Shown in pieces: positions 28,460-37,677 of a stretch of 64,000 bases of DNA. The notes beneath the pieces are model-generated. The model had not been told where the DNA came from, did no database searches, and was given only the letters and a program-made list of their open reading frames with translations. The stretch lies in contig CAIVQG010000022.1 in the NCBI GenBank assembly GCA_903907985.1, positions 1,538 to 65,537 on the forward strand. Direction: 5' to 3'. A program made the translations under genes and the position numbers. Source of the DNA: an uncultured delta proteobacterium (GTDB lineage: Bacteria; Desulfobacterota; Syntrophia; Syntrophales; Smithellaceae). Each line of letters begins with the position of its first letter. The first letter of the stretch is position 1.

Positions 28460-30034
28460 ATGAAATCCGTCATGGGAAGAATGATTCTTGTTTCTCTCCT
28501 TTTTGCTTTAATGCAGGCTTTCCCTGCTCAGGCGGCGCCGGAGCAGCGTTTGGCGCTGGTAATCGGCAATGCTGTTTACGGTTTTTCGCCCTTGAAAAAT
28601 CCCGTGAATGATGCTTCCGACATTGCCACATCCCTCCAGAAGCTTGGTTTTACAGTGATTCTCAAGAAAAACGTCAACATCAAAGAGATGGAAGCCAGCA
28701 TCGAGGATTTCGGCAATCGTCTGAAACGCGGCGGTGTTGGTCTTTTTTACTTTGCCGGCCATGGTCTCCAGGTGGGGGGTGTCAATTATCTTATTCCTGT
28801 CGGCGCCAAAATCGACAAGGAGTCAGACATCAAGTATGAAGCAGTGGATGCGGGGAAAATTCTTGATGAAATGGCCAATGCCGCCAACGGCTTTAATATC
28901 GTAATCCTTGATGCCTGCCGGGACAATCCTTTCCATCAGCAGTTCCGTTCTGTCAGCCGCGGTTTGGCGATTGTCGGCAGCGCTCCCAAAGGATCATACA
29001 TTTCCTATTCAACCTCTCCCGGCCAGGTGGCACTCGACGGTGATGGCCGCAACAGCCCTTTTGCCGCCGCATTAATAAAATACATGAAGGAACCCGGCTG
29101 GACTATAGAACAGGTTTTTAAAAACGTCCGTCATCGACTGAGTCAGGATACGTTAGGCAAGCAGGTGCCCTGGGAATTGTCGTCTCTGGAAGGCGATTTT
29201 TTCTTCATACCTGGCAACAAAAGTTCAGACTATTCCAGAGAATTATCCGATAGCAGAGAAACTATTGCAGCACGGACTAAACAATCAACCAAAGAAAGAT
29301 CTTTTTTGGAAGGGGGCAATACTTATAAAGACCCTGTTACCGACATGGAATTTATCCTGGTTCAAGGGGGATGCTTCCAGATGGGAGACAGCTTCGGTGA
29401 TGGCTGGGCTGATCAGGAAAAACCACTGCATGAAGTTTGTGTGGACAGTTACTACCTCGGCAAATACGAGGTGACCCAGGGGCAGTGGAAAAAGATCATG
29501 GGGACAAACCCGGCCCATTTCAAAGGCTGTGGAGAAAACTGTCCGGTAGAAAGTATAAGCTGGACGGATGTACAGAGCTTTATTGCGGAAATGAGCAATC
29601 AGAGCGGTCAGAAATACCGACTGCCCACGGAAGCGGAATGGGAATATGCCGCCCGTGAAGGCGGCAAAACGATAAAATGGGCGGGGACAAGCATCGAAAG
29701 CAGGCTGGACGAGTATGCGTGGCACGAGGCCAATACTGACGACAGGGTACGCCCGGTAGGGCAAAAAAAACCGAATGCGCTGGGTTTCTATGACATGTCG
29801 GGAAATGTCTGGGAATGGACGGGGGATATATATTCAGAAACATATTATCAGAAAAGCCCCCGGGAGAATCCCCGCGGTGCTGAAGAAGGTAAAAGGCGGA
29901 CATTACGCGGTGGCAGTTGGATGGACAAGACCAGCAGTGTACGTACTTCGATTCGCTATTTCTTTTGGGAGCATCAGCAAGGTTTTAGAAATGTCGGGTT
30001 ACGCCTGGTAAAGCAGATAGGCAATTCCAACTGA
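28460..30034 (+). CDS. exported caspase-like (C14) domain fused to an FGE-sulfatase (SUMF1-like) domain
   Basis: Signal peptide LLFALMQAFPAQA. LALVIGNAVY..LFYFAGHG..NIVILDACRDNPF. C-terminal YLGKYEVTQGQW..YRLPTEAEWEYAAR..DMSGNVWEW..LRGGSW. Confidence 0.85.
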   Translation: MKSVMGRMILVSLLFALMQAFPAQAAPEQRLALVIGNAVYGFSPLKNPVNDASDIATSLQKLGFTVILKKNVNIKEMEASIEDFGNRLKRGGVGLFYFAGHGLQVGGVNYLIPVGAKIDKESDIKYEAVDAGKILDEMANAANGFNIVILDACRDNPFHQQFRSVSRGLAIVGSAPKGSYISYSTSPGQVALDGDGRNSPFAAALIKYMKEPGWTIEQVFKNVRHRLSQDTLGKQVPWELSSLEGDFFFIPGNKSSDYSRELSDSRETIAARTKQSTKERSFLEGGNTYKDPVTDMEFILVQGGCFQMGDSFGDGWADQEKPLHEVCVDSYYLGKYEVTQGQWKKIMGTNPAHFKGCGENCPVESISWTDVQSFIAEMSNQSGQKYRLPTEAEWEYAAREGGKTIKWAGTSIESRLDEYAWHEANTDDRVRPVGQKKPNALGFYDMSGNVWEWTGDIYSETYYQKSPRENPRGAEEGKRRTLRGGSWMDKTSSVRTSIRYFFWEHQQGFRNVGLRLVKQIGNSN

Positions 30035-30143
30035 TTCCCACCGGTGTTTTTAAATCCGTTTGGCGTTTCCTGGCAGCACTAATAGTTATGTTTTTTACAG
30101 TAGATTGATTTTAATCTATTCCAAAGAACGGAGGAACAATTCA

Positions 30144-33100
30144 ATGAACATTTCATGGCGAAAATGGTTAGGGTCGTTTCTTACTGTTATCTCCCTTCTT
30201 CTGTTTTCACTTCCGGCTTTTGCCGGCTATGCGGATGAGTGCACCGATCAGAATACCTGGAAGCCGGATTATCAGAAAGGCCAGCCTGTCGAGATTAAAA
30301 ACGGCACAGTTTGCATCGGTCCGGGTGAATATAATTACGACTTCGTCAACATCCACAGTAAAGGCAAGCTGATTTTCAAGGATGCTAATATCGATTTCTG
30401 GGCCAAATCTATTTTGGTGGAAAAGGATGGCAGCTTGATTGCCGGATCAGAGGATTTCCCTATAAGCAGCAAAATAACCATCCATCTTTACGGAAAAGAA
30501 GAGGGGCCGGGCATAACCTGTAAGACAACAAGCGACGGGAACGATCCCGACTTGATTTGCGGAGTCCCGCGGACTCAATGGTCAAACGGTGACCAAAACA
30601 CCTACAAACTGCCATCGGGTATCGAAGACTATTTTTACGCATACAAAAAGCTTCCCACCGACGATGATTTGGCGGAACGGGCCTACTTTGGCCGCAAGGT
30701 GCTGGCTGTTTCCTACGGCGGGACCATCCAGATGTTCGGAAAGAAAGGAGCCACCTACGAGAAAGATTTAAGCTCATTGAACCCCATGGAAGCCGATGCC
30801 TCCAGGGTATTCTTTTACAATAAGCCTCTGACCAGTGGTGCTTCCCATTTTGACGTTGACCGGGTCATCGATTGGGAAAAGGGGCATCCCGTACTTTTCA
30901 AAGGTAAGGGCTCCGGAAAATACGAGGTCCGGAAGCTAAAGGAGATCACCGTTTCCAGAGACACGAATGACTTTCACACCAGTATTATTATTGAAGAGGG
31001 GTTGACTTCGGACATCAGTTCGGAAGGGGGCTATATCGTCCTTCTCCACAACTCCGGTACAAGCTGGGCAAGGCTGGCGGACAATCTGCCCGCTCAAACC
31101 GCACCACAGAACCTTACCCTGGACAGGGATGTTGACTGGCAGAAAAATGATAAGATCGTGGTGACGACGACGGACTACCTGCCCGGTCATTCCGAGGAGT
31201 TGACCATTGGCGATAAAACAGATGGAAGAAAAATCACCATTAATAATGAGATTAAATATCCACACAACGGCAGGAAGTATTCTCTGGCCGGGCATAATAT
31301 CCCCGATCGCATGAAGAATGCCGGATTTCGTATTGAGGAAGTGGAAACAAGGGCGGCCGTTGCCCTGCTCACGAGGAATATTCGGATTGTTTCTGAAGGC
31401 GATAGTTATCAGACGCAACTCCCGGGCGACAGTTATTTCGGCGGCCATACAATTATCCGCCAGGGGTTCAACAAATTTCAGATGCAGGGGGTAGAGTTCC
31501 AGAAGCTTGGTCAGGGCGGTCGCATGGCCCATGCGCCCGTCAATTTCCATTTAACGCGGGAAGTTCCGGACGGAACCTTTGTCAAAGATTGTTCGATCAA
31601 CGAGTCGATGACCCACTGGATCGAACTGAGGGGAGCACAGAAGGTTCGCCTGGAGAGAAATGTCGGCTGGAAATCAATCGGTCACGGATATTATCTTTCC
31701 GACGGCACCGAGGCGGAAAATGCCATCATTGCCAATATCGGCATCAATGCCCGGGCCGCTGTGGACAGTGATCAAAATCCCCGCAAAGTCCCCGGTGTCA
31801 TGGCAATGACTTCCAATGAAACGCCCCCTCCCGGAGCGCAACTCCAGCAGTACGCAAGCGACATCATGCATCCCTCCGTGTTTCAGATCACGAACGCCTG
31901 GAATACGTTCGATCACAATATGGCGGTGGGCGCCGGAACGTGCGGAGCGTGTTACTGGATCGTGCCTTCCCGGATAAGCGGCCTTTCGAGTGACATGAGT
32001 TGGTCGGGTTACGCCGGCATTCAGAATCCCGGAGTAAAGCGCGATCAGCCCTATGGCAAGGCACCGCTGAAATCTTTCCGCGGGAACTTCTGCTCCACAG
32101 CCCAGTATTCGCTGATCACTGTCGGCGACACGGCTACGTGCAACGGCGTTGTCATGGATTTGCACGATGGGAACAAGAGTTACAAACTGCAGCCGATTCC
32201 CAATAAGTTCGCCCAGAGCTATTTTGACCAGAAACCCACACTGTATCCGGATACCAGTAATTTCGCCAATTACACACCGGCGCTGTGCGACGGCAAGGCA
32301 TGTGATCAATCGGTCTGCCTCCAGGGCAATACCGATAAATGTCCGGTCAGCGTCATCGATTCCTACACATCGTCTTTCCACTGGGCGCAGCAGAATTTTG
32401 CGGCGATCTGGCTGCGGGCCAACTGGTTTCTGGTGACCGACAGCGCACTGACCGATGTGCTCAACGGCGGATTGACGATGGTGTCGGGCGGCAGCTACGA
32501 TCAGGTCATCAACGGCTACTGGGCCCTGACGCGGAACAGCGTCTTTATCGGAAACACGCAGCCCTGGGATCCGTCGAACAAGCAAACCCCCGGCAACGCC
32601 TATGCGTCACCGGCCGGTCCTTTCAATACATACCCAAACGGCCTGGCCTGCGCCTATTCACCGGACAGAGGTTACTGCCTGTCCAAGGCGGAGGGGATTT
32701 CCATGCCAATCGATACGTTTGGCGTGTATCAGCGGCTCTATAATATTTACGACGGTCCTGTTTACCAGGAGAATAACGCCTATCTGCAGATCAGGAAGCT
32801 CCCCGTGGATAATTGCGGCAAAGGCCAGTGCAACAGCCAGTATATGTACGGCTCGGGATTCCGTGCGCTCAGCATTCCCAGGGCCAAGGAGGACCCGTAT
32901 AAAGGACAGTGCATCCTGCCTAACGCAGCCATCGGCTGGAAACAGCCCAACGGGTTTTACTATCCCCCCGCTTTCCACTCGCGGAATCTCTATTTCGACA
33001 AGGTGGACCTGCGCCACTATATCATTGTGCCGCTCTTTAAACCGGGCACAGCCGAAGTCAATGAAAACTGGGTCGAGCGCGACTACTGCTACTATCCGGG

Positions 33101-34343
33101 GATAAAATCCGAACTCTTTGCCAAAGACTTTACCGATGTGGATCGTCAGACGGAACTCAACGACAACGACGGCTCGCTTGCCGGGCTTGCCGGCGCCAAG
33201 AGCCTTCCCTATTCGGATTTCGAAGGTACCATCGCGGTTAACAAGGACAAATTCTTTCTGGCGCCGACCCTGACCATGGAATGCGGTTCCGATCAAACCT
33301 GTTTTCAGGCGCCTTTCGACTATGTGACGGCGGTCGTTTACCCCAACGAGTTCAAGCCCGGTGCCGGGGATGACTATTGCAAGGACAACACCTGGTGCAA
33401 TTCGTGCGATCAGCGCAACTGTTACGGCGTGCCTATTTACCGGCAGTATTACACCGCCGAGGAGGAGAAGGAAGGAAAGAAAAAAGATCCCGGGCAAAGT
33501 ATCCGCATGATGGGAGCGGGAATCTGGCAGCGCAGTACCCTGATTGCCAACCTTGGAAAATACTATATCGACACAGCCGTCAGCAGGGACACCCAGGTTA
33601 AAGGAACACCACGCTACGGGGATCCGACCAAGATTTTTCACAACCTCAATGTCTTCGAAAAGAACAAGAGCTACAACTTTTTCCTGCTGTACGCCAAACC
33701 GTCTACGCGCGTGACCTTCCAGATATATGTCGGCATGGATCCAAATTTTTCCAGCACCGCCAATGTCCGCATGGTAAGGGTGGGCACAAAAGTTAAGGAT
33801 GGCGAAGATGAAGTCGTTATTCTGTGGGGAAACAAGTTGAATTTTACTCCCGTGGATTTCTGGCCGACCAACTGGAGCAGGGAATATAAGAGCGACAAGG
33901 GCATTCTGGAAGTTACCATGGATATGGGATTTGGCCAGGGCAAGGACGACGCGACCAAAAAGCTTGCCGATGACTTCGGCAACAAGGCGAAAAAAGAAAC
34001 CTGCAAACCCAAATCTTTCTGCAGGTGGGATACCGGTCTCAATAAGTGCTGTTCGGCGGACAACAAAAATGATTGTGACGACTCTGTCTGCAGCTGGGCA
34101 AACAAGGCCCTTGACTGCCCCAGCGGCGGCTGCATGGGATTCAAGATAACCTTTCCGGACAAATTTGAAGCCAGTGATATAACGGGCGGGGCAAACCGGC
34201 CCGATACCGAGCCCTATCCCGCCAAAGACTGGAGCGTCGGCTGGAAATATGCCGATAAAATATATGACGGAGACCTCAATTCCTGCACCTATTCCGATAT
34301 GAACAAACCGGAGCAGGTAACGCCTGATTTATGGAAAGAGTGA
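30144..34343 (+). CDS. giant secreted Cys-rich G8-domain / CEMIP-TMEM2-like beta-helix protein
   Basis: GGAGGA RBS and signal peptide LLLFSLPAFA. G8-like segment TWKPDYQKGQPVEIKNGTVCIGPGEYNYDFVNIHSKGKLIFKDANIDFWAKSILVEKDGSLIAGSEDFPISSKITIHLYG. GRMAHAPVNFHL...VGWKSIGHGYYLSDGTEAEN resembles the GRYPIHFHL...GH.FF.EDG.E..N core of CEMIP/TMEM2 (from memory). The ORF track start at 30060 was rejected. Confidence 0.8.
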   Translation: MNISWRKWLGSFLTVISLLLFSLPAFAGYADECTDQNTWKPDYQKGQPVEIKNGTVCIGPGEYNYDFVNIHSKGKLIFKDANIDFWAKSILVEKDGSLIAGSEDFPISSKITIHLYGKEEGPGITCKTTSDGNDPDLICGVPRTQWSNGDQNTYKLPSGIEDYFYAYKKLPTDDDLAERAYFGRKVLAVSYGGTIQMFGKKGATYEKDLSSLNPMEADASRVFFYNKPLTSGASHFDVDRVIDWEKGHPVLFKGKGSGKYEVRKLKEITVSRDTNDFHTSIIIEEGLTSDISSEGGYIVLLHNSGTSWARLADNLPAQTAPQNLTLDRDVDWQKNDKIVVTTTDYLPGHSEELTIGDKTDGRKITINNEIKYPHNGRKYSLAGHNIPDRMKNAGFRIEEVETRAAVALLTRNIRIVSEGDSYQTQLPGDSYFGGHTIIRQGFNKFQMQGVEFQKLGQGGRMAHAPVNFHLTREVPDGTFVKDCSINESMTHWIELRGAQKVRLERNVGWKSIGHGYYLSDGTEAENAIIANIGINARAAVDSDQNPRKVPGVMAMTSNETPPPGAQLQQYASDIMHPSVFQITNAWNTFDHNMAVGAGTCGACYWIVPSRISGLSSDMSWSGYAGIQNPGVKRDQPYGKAPLKSFRGNFCSTAQYSLITVGDTATCNGVVMDLHDGNKSYKLQPIPNKFAQSYFDQKPTLYPDTSNFANYTPALCDGKACDQSVCLQGNTDKCPVSVIDSYTSSFHWAQQNFAAIWLRANWFLVTDSALTDVLNGGLTMVSGGSYDQVINGYWALTRNSVFIGNTQPWDPSNKQTPGNAYASPAGPFNTYPNGLACAYSPDRGYCLSKAEGISMPIDTFGVYQRLYNIYDGPVYQENNAYLQIRKLPVDNCGKGQCNSQYMYGSGFRALSIPRAKEDPYKGQCILPNAAIGWKQPNGFYYPPAFHSRNLYFDKVDLRHYIIVPLFKPGTAEVNENWVERDYCYYPGIKSELFAKDFTDVDRQTELNDNDGSLAGLAGAKSLPYSDFEGTIAVNKDKFFLAPTLTMECGSDQTCFQAPFDYVTAVVYPNEFKPGAGDDYCKDNTWCNSCDQRNCYGVPIYRQYYTAEEEKEGKKKDPGQSIRMMGAGIWQRSTLIANLGKYYIDTAVSRDTQVKGTPRYGDPTKIFHNLNVFEKNKSYNFFLLYAKPSTRVTFQIYVGMDPNFSSTANVRMVRVGTKVKDGEDEVVILWGNKLNFTPVDFWPTNWSREYKSDKGILEVTMDMGFGQGKDDATKKLADDFGNKAKKETCKPKSFCRWDTGLNKCCSADNKNDCDDSVCSWANKALDCPSGGCMGFKITFPDKFEASDITGGANRPDTEPYPAKDWSVGWKYADKIYDGDLNSCTYSDMNKPEQVTPDLWKE

Positions 34344-36091
34344 GGAACTGCTGTCACCGATCAATGAAGAAAAGATTTTTCATGGAAACAAAGAAGTCTC
34401 GCCACGGTGTCTGCGTAATACTAATTGCTTTTTGCATGGGCATAGCGGCGCTGGCGATTTTTTCCGCATTCCCGATCGAAGCGCGCTCAACCGGTACAAT
34501 CTCTGGTGTAGTATTCGACGAGAGGGGACCGGTAGTCCAGGCGCGGGTTCGTATTCAGGGGTCAGAGAATGTGGTTGTGACGGACGGGGCCGGCCGTTTT
34601 GTTCTGTCCGGCGTTCCTGCCCAAAGAGCTTTCAACGTCAGCGCCTGGAAGGAAGGATACTACAGCGCGCTTCTCAAGGATGTAAGAGCCCCGAAAGAAG
34701 GGACTCGCCTGTTTCTGGTACGTTACCAGATAAACGACAACCCGCACTATGAATGGATTCCTCCCGAGGGCGCAAAAGGCAGCTGTGCGGAGTGCCACCC
34801 TGCCGTTACTGAAATGAGCCTTAACGACGCTCACCTGAAAGCGGCGGTCAATCCCCGCTTTCTCACTATGTATTACGGAACGGATATAGAGGGTAAACAA
34901 AGTCTCCCCACGCGCTATGAAAAAGGAACGGCCTTCAGCCTCTGGGGCAACACCACCGTGCCGCGTCGTCCCGACGGTTCAAAAGCTTATTACGGCCCCG
35001 GATTTCAGCTCGATTTCCCCGGCGCAGTCGGAGATTGCAGTGCGTGCCACATTCCCGGTACGTCCATTGGAAAAAACGTGGACCCGGGATCGGTGAAGGG
35101 CGCCAATCGGTATGGCGTGCATTGCGATTTCTGCCACAAGGTAGGCAGTGTTCGACTTGACCCCAAATCCATGCTGCCTTTCGCGAATGTTCACGGCGTC
35201 CACACCATGAAGGTCAAGCGTCCCTTCACGGACGATCCGAAAAGACCCCAGCTGTTCTTTGGCACCTTCGAGGATGTCAACGCGTCCGAAGGAGACACAA
35301 ATCTTCCTCTGATCAGGGAGAGCAAGTACTGTGCTCCTTGTCACTACGGGGGGTTCTGGGACACCCTTGTTTATAACTCCTACGGAGAATGGTTGCAGAG
35401 CCCCTATGCCGATTCCCAATCGGGAAAGGCCAGAACCTGCCAGGAATGTCACATGCCTTCGCCCACCCTTTACAAAGGAAAGCCGATTACAAATATTGCG
35501 CCGGGCAAAGGCGGGATAGAGCGCGCCGCCGCCTCCATCCATAACCACAACATGACCGTGGACGCCGAGCTGTTGCGGAATTCTCTGACAATGGTAGCGT
35601 CAGCAAGGATGAACAAGGACAAGGTGCTGGTTGCAGTAAAATTGATCAACGACAAAACGGGGCACCATATTCCCACTGATTCACCGCTGCGCCATTTGAT
35701 CCTGCTGGTTGAGGTGAAAGATGAAAAGGGCAATTTGTTGCGGCAGGAAAGCGGACCTGTATTACCGCAGTGGTGTGGTGACAGGAAAAATATCAAGGGC
35801 CATTATGCCGGTCTTCCGGGAAAGGCTTACGCGAAGCTGCTCAAAGAAAAGTGGACGGATGTTTTCCCGACTGCGGCCTATTGGAATCATACCGAACTGG
35901 TGAGTGATAACCGTATTGCAGCTTTTGCCGAGGATTCAACCTCCTTCGAATTTATGCCGCCGAAAAAAGGGAAGGCCATAATCACAGTTTCTCTCCTTTA
36001 CCGCCGGGCATTTATTGAGCTGATGGAGCAAAAGAAGTGGGATGTTCCGGATATCATGATGGCGCAGCAGATCGTTGTTATTAAGAGGTAA
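34331..36091 (+). CDS. multihaem (5 x CXXCH) c-type cytochrome with N-terminal carboxypeptidase-regulatory-like domain
   Basis: N-terminal anchor/signal VCVILIAFCMGIAALAIF. GTISGVVFDERGPVVQARVRIQG..TDGAGRFVL (CarboxypepD_reg-like). CAECH, CSACH, CDFCH, CAPCH and CQECH. Also a GHHIPT motif. Start is 34331 (13-nt overlap with the G8 gene), 34364 or 34382. Confidence 0.85.
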   Translation: MERVRNCCHRSMKKRFFMETKKSRHGVCVILIAFCMGIAALAIFSAFPIEARSTGTISGVVFDERGPVVQARVRIQGSENVVVTDGAGRFVLSGVPAQRAFNVSAWKEGYYSALLKDVRAPKEGTRLFLVRYQINDNPHYEWIPPEGAKGSCAECHPAVTEMSLNDAHLKAAVNPRFLTMYYGTDIEGKQSLPTRYEKGTAFSLWGNTTVPRRPDGSKAYYGPGFQLDFPGAVGDCSACHIPGTSIGKNVDPGSVKGANRYGVHCDFCHKVGSVRLDPKSMLPFANVHGVHTMKVKRPFTDDPKRPQLFFGTFEDVNASEGDTNLPLIRESKYCAPCHYGGFWDTLVYNSYGEWLQSPYADSQSGKARTCQECHMPSPTLYKGKPITNIAPGKGGIERAAASIHNHNMTVDAELLRNSLTMVASARMNKDKVLVAVKLINDKTGHHIPTDSPLRHLILLVEVKDEKGNLLRQESGPVLPQWCGDRKNIKGHYAGLPGKAYAKLLKEKWTDVFPTAAYWNHTELVSDNRIAAFAEDSTSFEFMPPKKGKAIITVSLLYRRAFIELMEQKKWDVPDIMMAQQIVVIKR

Positions 36092-36120
36092 GAGTTTGTT
36101 GGAATACGGAGATTAATTTT

Positions 36121-36621
36121 ATGAATCATTTATTTTTGCCTATGATTGCGGTGGCCGGTGCGTTGATCCATGTCTATCTGGATCGCCGGCAGCGTTCGGC
36201 CCACAGAGTGCTGGAGATAATTCTGGTGTGGTTTCTGTCCGTATTTTCAGGAATTTCCAGCATAGTGGCTTTCTTCGGCCACACATTTGCCGCCGTTAAA
36301 ATTGCGGCATACATAGGATGGCCGCCGGGCAGCCCCTTTCAGTTTGAAGTGGCCGTAGCCAATCTGGCCATCGGCGTGCTGGGCATCTCCTGCATCTGGC
36401 TGCGCGGAAACTTCTGGACGGCTACGGTCATGGCCGGAGCGGTTTTCGGGTTGGGTGCGGCCTTCGGACACATCCGGGATATAATGGTAAATAACAACTA
36501 TGCTCCGGGCAATGCGGGTGTGATTTTATATCTGGATATTGGTGGCCCCGTCCTGATGATAGTTCTTCTGACCATTTTTAAAATACTGGAAAAAAGAGAA
36601 CTACACAATAAATCCTGCTAG
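36121..36621 (+). CDS. small polytopic membrane protein
   Basis: 166 aa, about 5 hydrophobic helices. Its 3' end is duplicated at 37274-37360. Confidence 0.55.
   Translation: MNHLFLPMIAVAGALIHVYLDRRQRSAHRVLEIILVWFLSVFSGISSIVAFFGHTFAAVKIAAYIGWPPGSPFQFEVAVANLAIGVLGISCIWLRGNFWTATVMAGAVFGLGAAFGHIRDIMVNNNYAPGNAGVILYLDIGGPVLMIVLLTIFKILEKRELHNKSC
36507..36594 (+). repeat. direct repeat copy 1 (3' end of the membrane-protein gene)
   Basis: GGGCAATGCGGGTGTGATTTTATATCTGGATATTGGTGGCCCCGTCCT.. is about 80% identical to 37274-37360. Confidence 0.7.
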
Positions 36622-36729
36622 GCTGAAAGTGCTGGCCTGCGCAATCATCCCGACAACGGGTATAAAAATAAATTGTAAATTGTACTTCCTGAACACAAAA
36701 GGAATGTCTTATCAAATCATAAGGGGTAT

Positions 36730-37236
36730 GTGTCCAAGATGAAGTATCGCATCACCGGTAAACAGGAGAACAGTAACAACTGCATAGTCTGCGGACTGAA
36801 AAACGAACTGGGCTTGAAGGCCAACTTCTACGAGCTGGAGAACGGCGATGTGGTGGCCATTTTCACAGCGCGCGATGAGCACCAAAGTTATCCCGGGCGT
36901 CTGCACGGCGGGGTCGCCGCGGGGATTCTGGATGAAGTTATCGGGCGGGCCATGATGGTCGAGAACAAGAACGCCTGGGGGGTTACCGTTGAGCTCAGCC
37001 TCCGGTACAAAAAGCCCATCCCGCTCAATGAGGAACTCAAGGCTGTCGGCAGGGTGATCAAGGATTCGAGACGGCTGTTTGAAGGATACGGAGAAATCCT
37101 GCTGCCAACCGGCGAGGTGGCGGTCAGCGCGGTGGGCAAGTACATGAAGATGCCCATCGACAAGATCACAAATTTTGACAACCTCAAATGGGAGGTCACA
37201 GCAGCGGACAGTGATCCAGAGTTTATGGAGCTTTAA
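36730..37236 (+). CDS. PaaI-family hotdog-fold thioesterase
   Basis: NCIVCGLKNELGLKANF and GRLHGGVAAGILDEVIG. 168 aa. Confidence 0.8.
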   Translation: MSKMKYRITGKQENSNNCIVCGLKNELGLKANFYELENGDVVAIFTARDEHQSYPGRLHGGVAAGILDEVIGRAMMVENKNAWGVTVELSLRYKKPIPLNEELKAVGRVIKDSRRLFEGYGEILLPTGEVAVSAVGKYMKMPIDKITNFDNLKWEVTAADSDPEFMEL

Positions 37237-37273
37237 GAGCCGGACTGGAAAGTAAGGCCTATCGTTATTTTCA

Positions 37274-37360
37274 GGGTAATGCGGGTTTGATTTTATATTT
37301 GGGTATCGGTGGCCCTGTCCTTTTGATAGTTCTTTTGAACATTTATAAATGTTGGAAAAT
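37274..37360 (+). repeat. direct repeat copy 2 (orphan 3'-end fragment of a paralogous membrane-protein gene)
   Basis: Reads in frame as GNAGLILYLGIGGPVLLIVLLNIYKCWK.., versus GNAGVILYLDIGGPVLMIVLLTIFKILEK.. in the intact gene. Confidence 0.7.
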
Positions 37361-37677
37361 TATTAATAAGGGTTGAGTGGAGAAACTCTACAAAATGAGT
37401 TGGAATATCATGCCGATTCATATAACATCCCAAGTAAAAAGATAGTAAATAGGTTGATTGTAGTTAAATATTAAGTTACTTGATATAAATTATACAGTAT
37501 TGTTGCGGTGTATTATGCCGACAGCATTGCGGCGGTTGGGTTATTATTAGTGAAACTCCAATTCCAAAAAAAGCAATGCCTTGGTATTGGCTAGTTGAAC
37601 TTATCCCGCAAAACGGAGGATCGAAGATCTGTGGCCACCGATCCGTATAAACATTGTTGGAAAGTCCAAATTAATAT

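Noticed and set aside
31674-33641. Two very long antisense ORFs (303 and 327 aa) nested inside the G8 gene
   Set aside because: They lie fully within, and opposite to, an ORF with strong domain signal, and I recognised no motif in them. GC-rich coding DNA commonly yields stop-poor shadow frames.
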